Shown here: positions 15,890 to 25,974 of the stretch, one piece after another
Numbering within the stretch: the stretch's first letter is position 1
How the letters are laid out: every line of letters begins with the position of its first letter
Source of the DNA: a virus
Taxonomy: Duplodnaviria > Heunggongvirae > Uroviricota > Caudoviricetes
Strand: one strand, 5' to 3'
DNA length: 64,000 bases
IMG/VR virus record: IMGVR_UViG_3300031418_000001
Translations under genes and position numbers: made by a program
Notes under the pieces: model-generated
What the model was told of the DNA's origin: nothing
What the model saw: only the letters and a program-made list of their open reading frames with translations
Databases searched by the model: none

Positions 15890-16205
15890 TGAAGTACTTG
15901 ATAGAATAAAAGTGCAGTTAGATACAAATCAACCAATACGACGAACATCAGGTAGACATTACATGTTGTTCGAATATGATGTTGTATTTGATGGTTCATC
16001 ATTTATTCAATCAACATTGGAAGATTCATTGTGTCATGATAGTTATAAAAATTTGTTGGTATATTTTCCTGACATGAAAAGATACAACAATATAGTAGTA
16101 CCAGAAAATGATAAAACAGAAATGTTTAATTTTCTGATAAGCAACAACTTGAGTACTGATAACATTGAAACGATGCATAGAGTACTTAAGATTTATTACA
16201 CATAG
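15879..16205 (+). CDS. hypothetical protein, C-terminal motif family
   Basis: VPENDKTEMFNF. Confidence 0.7.
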   Translation: MKINEVLDRIKVQLDTNQPIRRTSGRHYMLFEYDVVFDGSSFIQSTLEDSLCHDSYKNLLVYFPDMKRYNNIVVPENDKTEMFNFLISNNLSTDNIETMHRVLKIYYT

Positions 16206-16215
16206 TATTAATATT

Positions 16216-16287
16216 CTCCGGTTGGGTCATGGGTTGATCGCTTGTTTTGGGAACAAGAATAAGGAAGTTCGAGTCTTTCACTGGAGA
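16216..16287 (+). tRNA. tRNA-Pro(TGG)
   Basis: CTTGT-TTTGGGA-ACAAG; C1-G72; A73; atypical D arm. Confidence 0.8.
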
Positions 16288-16306
16288 CAAATAATAAGGA
16301 CATATT

Positions 16307-16549
16307 ATGAACACATTAAAAGAAATGGTTCAAGGCGGTAAAGTAGTTAAATTTCAGTACTATCAGGAACACGAGTTATGGTACAGTACTGAATGTGGAT
16401 TTATGTTTCCTGTGCCATTAGATGATACGGGAAATGCTGTGTTTAAGAATGAAGACAAGGCATCTTTCTTTATGCGTTGGATTCGCAAGCATATTGATTA
16501 CATTAAAAAAGCACAACAAAATGAAAACAGTACTGGAACAGAAAGCTGA
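16307..16549 (+). CDS. conserved phage hypothetical protein
   Basis: AAGGA RBS; FPVP..DTG.A.F...DKA..FMRWIRK motif. Confidence 0.75.
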   Translation: MNTLKEMVQGGKVVKFQYYQEHELWYSTECGFMFPVPLDDTGNAVFKNEDKASFFMRWIRKHIDYIKKAQQNENSTGTES

Positions 16550-16964
16550 AACACTTTTAACGCTCCTTGAGAATGCAAATCTGAATAATATTAAGGGATT
16601 GACTGAAGTTACAATGTCAATCCCTGATGATTTAGTACCACATGGTGCAAACATCAAAGAATGGAATTCCAGAAACAGAATTGGTCTTTCTGATTCAATC
16701 AATCAATTACAGCCTGGTTATTGTCATTTCTTCTTTTTTGTTGATAAAATATCAATCTACTTTTCTAAAGATATAATTTATATCATAGTGGATAATGGCA
16801 ATGATGAGAAAGATGCTGTTTATCGCAATGAATTCTCTGAGTTCATTGATAATTACTTTCAATTGAGTACTAAAGATGACTTGATTTTTAGTAAAGAATT
16901 ATATGAAAGAGTGTTTAAGTACTCAAAAGAATTCAATTGGGTATATAAAGATGAAAGAGAATAA
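16521..16964 (+). CDS. hypothetical protein, C-terminal motif family
   Basis: DNYFQLSTKDDL. Confidence 0.7.
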   Translation: MKTVLEQKAETLLTLLENANLNNIKGLTEVTMSIPDDLVPHGANIKEWNSRNRIGLSDSINQLQPGYCHFFFFVDKISIYFSKDIIYIIVDNGNDEKDAVYRNEFSEFIDNYFQLSTKDDLIFSKELYERVFKYSKEFNWVYKDERE

Positions 16965-17250
16965 TATCCTCCTTGTTTGCTGGGAACAAGATCAAGGTGG
17001 GTTCATTGTATTTGATATGTTATTCATGGATGAATATGAAGCACAAAAGTATGAACCTCGTCACCAGATGACAACCTCTTTTAAATGTCTTACTCCTGAA
17101 CAACAATTTAATGAATTTATTGATTCGCTTGACACATATGAATTCCATCATTTGATGTATGAATTAGTTTGTTATTGTGAATATAATGAAGATACTACAA
17201 TATTCCATGATGAATTTCATCCTGTAATGGTAGGACTTGAGTGTAATTAA
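16951..17250 (+). CDS. hypothetical protein
   Basis: ORF in gene run. Confidence 0.65.
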   Translation: MKENNILLVCWEQDQGGFIVFDMLFMDEYEAQKYEPRHQMTTSFKCLTPEQQFNEFIDSLDTYEFHHLMYELVCYCEYNEDTTIFHDEFHPVMVGLECN

Positions 17251-17253
17251 TCA

Positions 17254-17574
17254 ATGAATGTATTTTATATTTGTTATGAATACCGATACGAGCAGATTAA
17301 AAAGAAATATATTAGAAGTAAATTTATTGTTTCATGGGGTGTTTATGGCGGTAAGATTCGTCATCTTTTGGATCACTATGAATTCAGTGAATTAGCACTA
17401 TTTGATTGCTTAGTACCGAAAGATGAACTTGAACAGTACTTTTCTGATTTAAAGAAATATCCGTACAAATACGATAAAATCATGAAGTTTCTTATCGAGA
17501 TTGAAAGCACTGATTTAGTAGATAATAATCCAGATGTTTATTTAAATATGTTTGGATTAAGAAGTAAAATATAA
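17254..17574 (+). CDS. hypothetical protein
   Basis: ORF in gene run. Confidence 0.65.
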   Translation: MNVFYICYEYRYEQIKKKYIRSKFIVSWGVYGGKIRHLLDHYEFSELALFDCLVPKDELEQYFSDLKKYPYKYDKIMKFLIEIESTDLVDNNPDVYLNMFGLRSKI

Positions 17575-17578
17575 CAAT

Positions 17579-17653
17579 TGGGGATTAGTTCAGTTGGTAG
17601 AACATCGGATTTTGATTCCGACGGCGTGGGTTCGAATCCCGCATCCCCTGCCA
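17579..17653 (+). tRNA. tRNA-Gln(TTG)
   Basis: TCGGA-TTTTGAT-TCCGA; U1.U72 mismatch; G73; CCA. Confidence 0.92.
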
Positions 17654-17710
17654 AATTATAGAGTCCAGTACATCAACGTGTACTGGACTTTTTTCATATC
17701 AGGATTTTAT

Positions 17711-18082
17711 ATGTCAGAACAAGAAGAACTGAAAGTAATACTGGAGAAAATAAAGTACTACGTCGAGGATGTAGAAACAAGTATGACGCAGCGTGGATAT
17801 GGTTCAATGCATGGTGGATTTTGGTATAACAGAGATAAAAATGATAACGTGTCTGTACTGGCTGTCAGTACATTCTATCCTGATATTACATTACCATTAA
17901 TTATCCATCGTACACACGTAACATTTAATGATAACTGTTTCCAGTACGACACTGTAACTGACAAAGATTCATATTTCGCTCAAAGTACAATTGATGATAT
18001 TCGATTATTTGAAATTGAAGACTTTGAATTACTCAGAAAAATTTATACGAAGATGACCGGATATGTCCACCGAGAGAATTAA
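17711..18082 (+). CDS. hypothetical protein, C-terminal motif family
   Basis: AGGA RBS; DSYFAQSTIDDI. Confidence 0.7.
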   Translation: MSEQEELKVILEKIKYYVEDVETSMTQRGYGSMHGGFWYNRDKNDNVSVLAVSTFYPDITLPLIIHRTHVTFNDNCFQYDTVTDKDSYFAQSTIDDIRLFEIEDFELLRKIYTKMTGYVHREN

Positions 18083-18440
18083 ACAAGATGTTAAGTACGT
18101 AAAGAATATTCTGAAGTTCTCTAAAAAATATGTACAAACTGTAATTGAACCTAATAAGATTCATCGAGGGGATTATACTAAGATTAGTATTGGTCATCGT
18201 ATTACTATACAGAAAACTGATAATTCTGATTTTTATTATTTCTTCTTCCTGGGTAATCAAATCTTCAATTTATATGATGATGAGATATTAATATCAGGTG
18301 CAATAAAATTTAACTACAAAGAATATCAAGAGAAAGATGTATATTTTAATGCCATGATAAATGATTCACTTCATGGATTTAGTAAGCAAGACTTCTCTGA
18401 TATGGAGTACTTATATAAGAGGCTTAGAACTTTGTTATGA
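18063..18440 (+). CDS. hypothetical protein, C-terminal motif family
   Basis: DVYFNAMINDSL. Confidence 0.7.
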   Translation: MSTERIKQDVKYVKNILKFSKKYVQTVIEPNKIHRGDYTKISIGHRITIQKTDNSDFYYFFFLGNQIFNLYDDEILISGAIKFNYKEYQEKDVYFNAMINDSLHGFSKQDFSDMEYLYKRLRTLL

Positions 18441-18853
18441 TATATTTAAAAGACATTTTAAATGAAGCTAAAACGGGTGGATACTTTTATTCTAACTATA
18501 CATTAAGTAAACTTTTTATAGTAAAAAAATATCATGAAGATCATATTTACCGTTTGTATCGTGGCAATTTAAATTGTTTATATCTTAGTATTCATGATCC
18601 AGGTGATCGTACAGATATGAATATTACTTTAAGATTCATCGGTGATCACACGTACATAAATTTTGGTGGAGAAGAAGAATTTATATTGATCCCAAATGAA
18701 AATGCGGGTTCAGATGAGTGGTTCAACTTTAATATACAAAATAGTTCATTGAGGAAAAGTGATTTTTATCCTGAACTCACTGGTTTATTAGATTTCTTAA
18801 CTGAAGAATATAACCGAGTTTTTATGAAGATGCTGGAAGATAAAGGATTGTAG
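18437..18853 (+). CDS. hypothetical protein, C-terminal motif family
   Basis: IPNENAGSDEWFNF. Confidence 0.7.
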   Translation: MIYLKDILNEAKTGGYFYSNYTLSKLFIVKKYHEDHIYRLYRGNLNCLYLSIHDPGDRTDMNITLRFIGDHTYINFGGEEEFILIPNENAGSDEWFNFNIQNSSLRKSDFYPELTGLLDFLTEEYNRVFMKMLEDKGL

Positions 18854-19207
18854 ATGTTACTCACCGGAAAATGCCCTAAATGCGGCTGTACGGGCATTCA
18901 TGCCTGTATGGGTGCACCAGTTGCACCAATGACTGCACATCAGCTACAGAAGCTGGAAAACGTAATTAAACACATAGCTCAATCAGAAAAAGAAAGGAAA
19001 AATACAATGACATTAACTAAAGAACAAATCAAAAACCTCGCTATTTTTGCTGGTTTTCATGTACAGGATATTAGTGGTTCAGAAGCAAGTACTGAATATG
19101 TAGTACGTGACGGTACTATTACTGGTGAAAATGGTGCACCTGATTATAACGGTCTTATTGCATATGATCGTGAATATCCAGAAGATGGAGCTATTTCTCT
19201 TGACTGA
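18854..19207 (+). CDS. hypothetical protein
   Basis: N-terminal CPKC..GIHAC; possible internal start at MTLTKEQ with its own RBS. Confidence 0.65.
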   Translation: MLLTGKCPKCGCTGIHACMGAPVAPMTAHQLQKLENVIKHIAQSEKERKNTMTLTKEQIKNLAIFAGFHVQDISGSEASTEYVVRDGTITGENGAPDYNGLIAYDREYPEDGAISLD

Positions 19208-19622
19208 ATATTTACATCCTGGAAAAATTAACGAGATTCATGATAAGATTAAACACCTTCTTATGAACTTTAATAAATTATCCAAGTCCATGAATAGAAG
19301 TCATTATGAACTTCCTGGCGTGAACTATTTTATTGAAAGTGGAATTTACCGAAACAGATTCTTTTTTGTTATAATGACAATGGATCATGAGTATCTATTT
19401 TCAATCGGTAATATGATGGATAGTTTTGTTGGAATGGAATTTTATTGTGGTAATGATGAACCTTACTTAGTAATTCCATTTCCAGAAGAGTTAAGTACTG
19501 ATGCATATTTCAATTTAAGTACTTTACATGATCTTAAGAATGTATCTTTGGAATTCATGATTGATTCAAAAGAACTCTATAATAAACTGGAGATTTGTAT
19601 TGGACACAAAACTATCATTTAG
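19185..19622 (+). CDS. hypothetical protein, C-terminal motif family
   Basis: DAYFNLSTLHDLK. Confidence 0.7.
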   Translation: MELFLLTEYLHPGKINEIHDKIKHLLMNFNKLSKSMNRSHYELPGVNYFIESGIYRNRFFFVIMTMDHEYLFSIGNMMDSFVGMEFYCGNDEPYLVIPFPEELSTDAYFNLSTLHDLKNVSLEFMIDSKELYNKLEICIGHKTII

Positions 19623-20070
19623 AAGTGCTATTAATAAGGGTCAGGCTACAGCGGCCCTTTCTGCATTAGGTCATATGAATATTGTTAGTTCAATTAATAA
19701 TAATTGGGATTTAGCTTCAAAAATTAATCCAGAACATCTTGATTATATTAAACTCAATAGACAATGCCAATGTTTCAGTACTCACATCCTTAGTATACCT
19801 TTAGATACATATGAAATATTTGTAGTAATTGATCAACAAACTGATTATTTTGAAGTATTTTATCCTAATCATTCATTGTGTATGGTAAGTGCAGATAATT
19901 TTACATCCCTTGATGATGGTTCATCATTCGGTTTATTACTTCCAACTTATTTGAAAATTGAATGTAATGGTGATTATTTTAATTACACAGTAAATTCAAA
20001 ACTGATACCAGTTCCGTATGAATTTTTTGAAGTACTTCATGTATTACATGATAAGATAAAATTATTATGA
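19561..20070 (+). CDS. hypothetical protein, C-terminal motif family
   Basis: GDYFNYTV; start uncertain. Confidence 0.65.
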   Translation: MIQKNSIINWRFVLDTKLSFRSAINKGQATAALSALGHMNIVSSINNNWDLASKINPEHLDYIKLNRQCQCFSTHILSIPLDTYEIFVVIDQQTDYFEVFYPNHSLCMVSADNFTSLDDGSSFGLLLPTYLKIECNGDYFNYTVNSKLIPVPYEFFEVLHVLHDKIKLL

Positions 20071-20465
20071 TAGCAGATTCAATTAAAGAATTTTTCTTCG
20101 AAATGGTTAAAGATGGGATCAGCCTTATCGCTGGATCAGATACACATCATTCAGAAGACCAATCGTGTACAAGAATATTTTCTATACAAACACTGTACGG
20201 GAATACTATGTTTATAAGAACATATGTTCCTAAAAAAAGTATAATCAGTAATACAAATTCGATTGATATTGATGGAATCAGTCTCATGTTTAGATTACTG
20301 GAACGTGGTATAGTAATTTACACAGATGATTCAGAATATACATTTGGATACAATTGTACACAACAAGAAATCGACAGTACTAACTTTGAACTAAAATTAG
20401 ATACTGAATGTATTAAATTAATACACGGCTTTAAGACCTATATTGACAAGTACTTTATTAAATAA
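20067..20465 (+). CDS. hypothetical protein
   Basis: coupled ORF. Confidence 0.65.
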   Translation: MIADSIKEFFFEMVKDGISLIAGSDTHHSEDQSCTRIFSIQTLYGNTMFIRTYVPKKSIISNTNSIDIDGISLMFRLLERGIVIYTDDSEYTFGYNCTQQEIDSTNFELKLDTECIKLIHGFKTYIDKYFIK

Positions 20466-20495
20466 TCTTAGGATTATTTTCATAAGGTACTGGTA

Positions 20496-20852
20496 ATGTA
20501 TTATAATAACTTAAAAGTAGAAAAGATTAGTGCTACAGAATGGAAACTTCTGGAGGACTTAGTATATATGGATGTTAAGCATGGTGCCATCGGTGTTCCA
20601 GTTGACTATGTGACTGATTTTGCAAGTGTTCCGAGATTACCAATAGTATTTGACTTTCTTGGTGATATAGGTCATGCTGCTGCCACAATTCATGATTATC
20701 TCTATGACAATGGTAAGCTGACCAAAAAAGAATGCGATGATGTTTTTCATCGTGCATTACTTGATGATGGTATTGGTGCAATAAGATCATATATCATGTA
20801 CAGTGGTGTAAAACTATTTGGATTCAGGGCATTTAAAAGAGCACGTTCTTAA
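20496..20852 (+). CDS. DUF1353 family protein
   Basis: VP.DYVTDFASVPR and AATIHDYLY motifs. Confidence 0.85.
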   Translation: MYYNNLKVEKISATEWKLLEDLVYMDVKHGAIGVPVDYVTDFASVPRLPIVFDFLGDIGHAAATIHDYLYDNGKLTKKECDDVFHRALLDDGIGAIRSYIMYSGVKLFGFRAFKRARS

Positions 20853-20898
20853 TAATTAAAGTACCACTTGTTGGTACTTTTCTTTTGGGTAAAATTCA

Positions 20899-21330
20899 AT
20901 GATTAAATTCTCTCAAACTGTTAATAAAAGTACTTATCGTCGCCGTATGGCAAATTTCAATAATTTAATGAAAATCCTTAAAGATAAGGAAAGTACTTTT
21001 TTTCCTGAGATTATTAAACAGCTTAATGAAGATGAAGTACTTGGTGCATCATGGCCTCATGGTTACATGAATGATCTTTATGTTGAGTACGAACATTCAG
21101 TAGACTATATCAGTATCCAGGGTAAAACTTGCGGTATTAGAATCACACCGGAACTTATTTCTATTAATGTTCAAGGTATGAGCTTTATGGGTATCAGTAC
21201 TGATGCTTCTAAAGATGAATATTTCAATCAGTCAGTAAGTGAAGATATGTATAATTTAAATTTCAACAATATCTTGTACTTACAGGATTTGAAAGAAAAG
21301 ATTAATAACTATAAGAATTATGGAAAATAA
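20899..21330 (+). CDS. hypothetical protein, C-terminal motif family
   Basis: DEYFNQSVSEDM. Confidence 0.7.
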   Translation: MIKFSQTVNKSTYRRRMANFNNLMKILKDKESTFFPEIIKQLNEDEVLGASWPHGYMNDLYVEYEHSVDYISIQGKTCGIRITPELISINVQGMSFMGISTDASKDEYFNQSVSEDMYNLNFNNILYLQDLKEKINNYKNYGK

Positions 21331-21817
21331 CATGGAACACAAAAAACCTTTTAAGCAATTGAAAAATGCTCTGATGATTATTGCATCTAATCATTCATCC
21401 ATTATGAATGAAATATCCAAAAGTAAAAACTACAAAAAAATTGAGAATCCATTTATAAGTACTGCTGGTGCTCCTTGGCATACACTTAAGGCTCCGCGTA
21501 ATGATATTGAATTTGATATTACTATTGGTAATGATTATCTTCCACAATTACATCTACAAAAGCAGTCTAATAAGTTTATCATTATGTATAATGGTGCAAC
21601 ATATTACATTGATTCCTACAATATTTCAGCACATGAAGATGTTGGGTATCCTATACTTCAGGTAGACATTAGTGGTATTGATTCTAAAACTGATATGTTT
21701 AGTCTTAGTACGGTACGTGATTTCTTTGATTTGGACTATAATGATATTGAGGCATTGAATTACTATATGTCATCTGCTAACAGTGCTTATAATAAGTTGA
21801 AACATAATCATGTTTGA
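21320..21817 (+). CDS. hypothetical protein, C-terminal motif family
   Basis: TDMFSLSTVRDFFDLDYNDI. Confidence 0.7.
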   Translation: MENNMEHKKPFKQLKNALMIIASNHSSIMNEISKSKNYKKIENPFISTAGAPWHTLKAPRNDIEFDITIGNDYLPQLHLQKQSNKFIIMYNGATYYIDSYNISAHEDVGYPILQVDISGIDSKTDMFSLSTVRDFFDLDYNDIEALNYYMSSANSAYNKLKHNHV

Positions 21818-22025
21818 TTATATCACAACAGTACTTTCTGACGATGGTATAAGTACATTTGAAATTGTAGGTACTTCCGATAAAGTACTTTGTCTTAATT
21901 CTCTACTTGAGATCCTTCTTACTGATAATTCATTTGTTTGTGTGCAGGATAGTAACAGTGAATTGGGTTTTTATCGACATAAGTACCATAAACACTGTAC
22001 ATCTAAGATAGGTCATGCTTTATAA
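21810..22025 (+). CDS. hypothetical protein
   Basis: ORF in gene run. Confidence 0.55.
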   Translation: MFDYITTVLSDDGISTFEIVGTSDKVLCLNSLLEILLTDNSFVCVQDSNSELGFYRHKYHKHCTSKIGHAL

Positions 22026-22048
22026 GAAGGGCGGCAATGCCGCCTGTC

Positions 22049-23179
22049 TTATGTGCCTGATACGATGATTCTTGCCTGGATTGGATTGATAACTGAGATA
22101 GTTATATTTGATGAAGAGTCAACACTAATGGATTCATGTGATACTTCGTACACATCAGTTCCTGTTAATTCAGAAACCTGTACTACTACATCAGATGATT
22201 TGCTATGTTCAGATTGTGGAATACTTAAGGTAAAGTAGCCGTTCTGGTCTACCCAATCAGAAGTACTTACAGTCTTAACATATAAGTCATTTGTCAAAAG
22301 AAGAACATTAGTATCAGTTGGTGTTACCTGATTTAATGTAATATCATGTGAAGTGTTATTGTATGATACTTTTGGTGTATATACCTGACCAGTAGTGTAC
22401 TGAGTCTGAATGATGAAATCGGTTTCAGCATGGGTACTACCAAGTAGTACTGCACTGAATGAGTCATCTGACTGTTTGACGAATGATGCTTGCGGTATTA
22501 AGAAAGATAATACATTGTCATCATCACCAATTACGTTAACTGTACCATTAGTACTCTGATAAAAATCAGATTTAACGGTAACGACAAAAGTACCAGATGA
22601 TAATGCAGGTACTGGTATACTGAATGTGCCATCAGAGTTAACATCAGATGTATACTCAACACCATCAATCACAACCGTCACAGTCATTCCATCAGTGTTT
22701 AAACCTGCTGAACTGTATGGAAGAATAGTACCATTGATTACGGTATCACCTGCGTTTATACGTTCAAATACAATTGAACCTAATGGCGGTTTTGGTAGTG
22801 AACATGTAGGTGGTACAAGATTATATAAATGTCTTCCGTCTGCTAATATTACTTTATTGTCATAGAACTTAATAGCGAATCCATGATCGCCTTGCTCATT
22901 CATTGAACGAACGTAGAACTGACCAGGTTTAAGTAGTGATGGTAAGTCATCATCTGACATATCATAGTCAAGTAGTGAACCTTGTTTGTTCAAACCTGTA
23001 ATACGAAGAGACGGATAGATAGTACCATCTATGTCTCTTATATCATAGTCATATGAGTTGCGTTGCTTTTGTATTCTGGCATCTTTAATAACCGTGCCAT
23101 CTTTTAGTACTGCACCCTGAATAAGAAATCCACATATACCATAGGGATACCTTCCAGCGGCTGCTACTGTTTTTGCCAT
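22049..23179 (-). CDS. putative virion protein with Ig-like domain
   Basis: GGAGG RBS; TVTVVIDGVEYTSDVNSDGTFSIPV Big-like strand pattern; GGGGTAAATA upstream. Confidence 0.7.
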   Translation of the reverse strand: MAKTVAAAGRYPYGICGFLIQGAVLKDGTVIKDARIQKQRNSYDYDIRDIDGTIYPSLRITGLNKQGSLLDYDMSDDDLPSLLKPGQFYVRSMNEQGDHGFAIKFYDNKVILADGRHLYNLVPPTCSLPKPPLGSIVFERINAGDTVINGTILPYSSAGLNTDGMTVTVVIDGVEYTSDVNSDGTFSIPVPALSSGTFVVTVKSDFYQSTNGTVNVIGDDDNVLSFLIPQASFVKQSDDSFSAVLLGSTHAETDFIIQTQYTTGQVYTPKVSYNNTSHDITLNQVTPTDTNVLLLTNDLYVKTVSTSDWVDQNGYFTLSIPQSEHSKSSDVVVQVSELTGTDVYEVSHESISVDSSSNITISVINPIQARIIVSGT

Positions 23180-23214
23180 TATAACCTCCGGTTCTGAATA
23201 GAACTTAATAATTA

Positions 23215-23224
23215 TATTTACCCC
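23215..23224 (-). promoter_or_regulatory. putative late promoter GGGGTAAATA
   Basis: same motif at 36184-36193 and 39235-39244, each upstream of a - strand structural-type gene; resembles T4 late TATAAATA. Confidence 0.6.
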
Positions 23225-23240
23225 ATAAAAGAGATATTTT

Positions 23241-23633
23241 ATGTTCTATTTGTGGTTATTTCTAAGCATGATAGTACTTACAGTACTAAAAGATATCCTA
23301 CAGCAATATGTCTGGTTCAAAGAACGTTATCCAGATTATTCATACATAAAGAATGTTCTTTGGCATAGACGATTTGATATAAAAATAGAAGAAGATACTG
23401 AGTTATTCATAAGAACTTTATTAAGTACTTATAGTATGTCTTGTGAAAACTCTAAGTACTATATTGGTGATGATAATATTACTTTTAATTTAGAACTTAA
23501 TAACCGCTCATTGATATTGCAGCACGTGCAGTTTAATGCTAATGTCATCAACACGACCTTTATCACATTTGAGACAATGAAAGTGATTAAAGACGAGCAA
23601 AAGAAATTGACACGGGCATCGAAGTACTGTTAG
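23241..23633 (+). CDS. membrane-anchored hypothetical protein
   Basis: N-terminal hydrophobic helix. Confidence 0.65.
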   Translation: MFYLWLFLSMIVLTVLKDILQQYVWFKERYPDYSYIKNVLWHRRFDIKIEEDTELFIRTLLSTYSMSCENSKYYIGDDNITFNLELNNRSLILQHVQFNANVINTTFITFETMKVIKDEQKKLTRASKYC

Positions 23634-23749
23634 GATAAGACATAAAGAAAATTTTGGGTGCTGATGAAAGCATTTACGAATCGTAAAAATTTCGGAGCAT
23701 TGACCAACAATCAAGCTGAAGTTGAACAGATCGAAAGAGCGGGGATAAT

Positions 23750-24274
23750 ATGACTGTACTTGTAACAATGATGAAAAAATCAATGGTTGGTAAACCTGGA
23801 TATATTTCTGAGTATCCTGAAAACGTGTACGTATTTGATAAGTGTCTGAAAGTACGTGCATCTGAACTGGATATTGCGAACGTTAAAAAATGGGTATGCT
23901 TTCTTGAAGGTACACCAATTGTTCTGGTATTCGATGTTTTATTAACCCGCTTAAGTACTGGATACTTACAGGCTTTCATCTATAACAGCAAATGCGAAAT
24001 TAAAACTACTGATGCTGTTGGTGAATATAACACCAAAAATGGTACATGGTATGTTTCAGAAATCTATGGCGATAAACTTGTTACTTCTAAAGAACTGCTG
24101 GGTATTTGTCAGCGTAAGTACCTGAATAATCCTACATTTGATCCGGTTGGACAGGTACAGATTGCTCCGGTCAGTACTACCAAAAAGTCAGAGACTAAGG
24201 GTAAGTACAAAGAAGATCTGAAGAATATGAGTCCAGAACGTTTAGCTGAACTTAAACGTCAAATCTTTGGCTAA
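23750..24274 (+). CDS. hypothetical protein
   Basis: GGGGAT RBS. Confidence 0.75.
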   Translation: MTVLVTMMKKSMVGKPGYISEYPENVYVFDKCLKVRASELDIANVKKWVCFLEGTPIVLVFDVLLTRLSTGYLQAFIYNSKCEIKTTDAVGEYNTKNGTWYVSEIYGDKLVTSKELLGICQRKYLNNPTFDPVGQVQIAPVSTTKKSETKGKYKEDLKNMSPERLAELKRQIFG

Positions 24275-24476
24275 CTATATGCATAAAGTATTAGCTAATC
24301 AGTACTGGAAACACTACAACGGTAATGAATATGAAGTACTAATGCTCACTAATGAGTTAAGTACTAATGAACAGTATCCGGTTACAGTAGTGTATAAAAA
24401 TATACATACTGGAAGTACCTGGTCTAAACCACTATCAGACTGGCACAGAAGTATGACGTTAACTAAACCCGCTTAA
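24267..24476 (+). CDS. DUF1653-like protein
   Basis: WKHYNGNEYEVL...VVYK...WSKPLSDW pattern. Confidence 0.75.
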   Translation: MANYMHKVLANQYWKHYNGNEYEVLMLTNELSTNEQYPVTVVYKNIHTGSTWSKPLSDWHRSMTLTKPA

Positions 24477-24488
24477 GGCGGGTTTTTT
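24466..24488 (+). terminator. intrinsic terminator
   Basis: AAACCCGC-TTAAG-GCGGGTTT followed by T run. Confidence 0.75.
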
Positions 24489-24503
24489 CGTATAGGATAT
24501 TTA

Positions 24504-24890
24504 ATGCCGATTTTAACCGGAACGGAAAAGAGGGTTGATGAATTTACTGAGTACTTACTGGATAACAGTACTCTTACACTATCAGTAACTAACTACTTTA
24601 ATAATGTTAGAGTTCTATCTAAAAATAATGAACCTTACATCGTTATTAAGTATTTCAGTGATGACTCAAGACAAATTCATTTACATTCAAAAGGATTTAA
24701 AATAATATCTACAACTCAAATAGAACTACATGATGGAAGAGATTATGTAGTATATTCTATTGAACAAATACAGGAAGAATATGACAACGACAAGTTGTTT
24801 GGTATTATGACTGTGTATTCGTGTTGGTACTTACGTGAATTTATAGAAGACTTTGAATTACAAAAAGTACTTGATTTTATGAAATTCTAA
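24504..24890 (+). CDS. hypothetical protein
   Basis: AGGA RBS. Confidence 0.7.
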   Translation: MPILTGTEKRVDEFTEYLLDNSTLTLSVTNYFNNVRVLSKNNEPYIVIKYFSDDSRQIHLHSKGFKIISTTQIELHDGRDYVVYSIEQIQEEYDNDKLFGIMTVYSCWYLREFIEDFELQKVLDFMKF

Positions 24891-24950
24891 TTTGAAAAAG
24901 TTTGGTATTTGAGTTCACGGATTTATTTTGTTTTTATCTCACTAAAGCAT

Positions 24951-24979
24951 TTGACAGGAGTAGGGGCTTTTAGTATTAT
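24951..24979 (+). promoter_or_regulatory. sigma70-type promoter TTGACA-N17-TATTAT
   Basis: consensus hexamers; no ORF downstream for about 450 nt. Confidence 0.7.
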
Positions 24980-25442
24980 TTCATCACACCGAGACGAAAC
25001 GGAAACAACAGTGCTTCCGGTTCACAGTAAAGCGATAATGCCTGAACTCAATAAAGAGGATTGAACGCAGATGTAACAGGTTAACAAATAAAACCGATCT
25101 TATATTGCTGATGAATCTTAGAAAATATTAGAGTTACGGAAAGATTGTGGGAGATCTGGAAGCCTCGTTAAACATTTGAATACTAAATCCCAATAACCGA
25201 GGGGTACTTACGTAAATGTGATAGCTTAATATAAAATTGAGATCATAGATACTTAGGAATTTAGAGGGCTGGTACGGGTATGTACCAGCTTCTCACGGAA
25301 ATATATATTAAGAGTTATTTTTAAGTACTTTTACTATATCTTTTCTTTCTTGCAGTTATCTGATTCATTAAGAAAAGTTTGCATTAGCCTGAACGCTGTG
25401 ATAAATTATTCTTAAGATAAAAACTGGCAGGGGGATGGAAGA

Positions 25443-25664
25443 ATGAGTGTTCTAATTTCGTACATCACTGCGTTGTTGAGAAAGCATGACATTCATAATT
25501 TGAATAGCATAGCGACTTCGGTATACTGTGGTGATTATACTGTACAAGAAGCTGTACAGATATTCCGGTTAAACCTTAAAGATGTGGATTACCTGGCTGA
25601 TGCAGTCAATAAGTACTATCAGCATGAAACCTACATCCAAGAACGTGTAAGAGGTAACGCATAA
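25443..25664 (+). CDS. hypothetical protein
   Basis: GGGGGAT RBS. Confidence 0.65.
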   Translation: MSVLISYITALLRKHDIHNLNSIATSVYCGDYTVQEAVQIFRLNLKDVDYLADAVNKYYQHETYIQERVRGNA

Positions 25665-25974
25665 TGAAACAGTACCTGGTTGAATATATTCGTACTGGCG
25701 TATCCAGACCTGACCAGAAACAGGTTGGTGCATATAACGAAACTGATGCTATTCGTCGTGTTCGTGAAGAATATGGTTTCAACAATGTAACTATCAAAAG
25801 TTGTCGTGAAGCACGTTAATTACATTGTAGTACCCGAATAAACAAAAAAGCCGGAATAAAGAATCTGGCTTTTTTATTGCCTGCAAAACAAGATTAATAC
25901 CATTCACGTACTTTCATATAAGTATCAAAATGTTGTATTAGTATGTTCCCCTTATTATAAAGAGATAGTACAGA

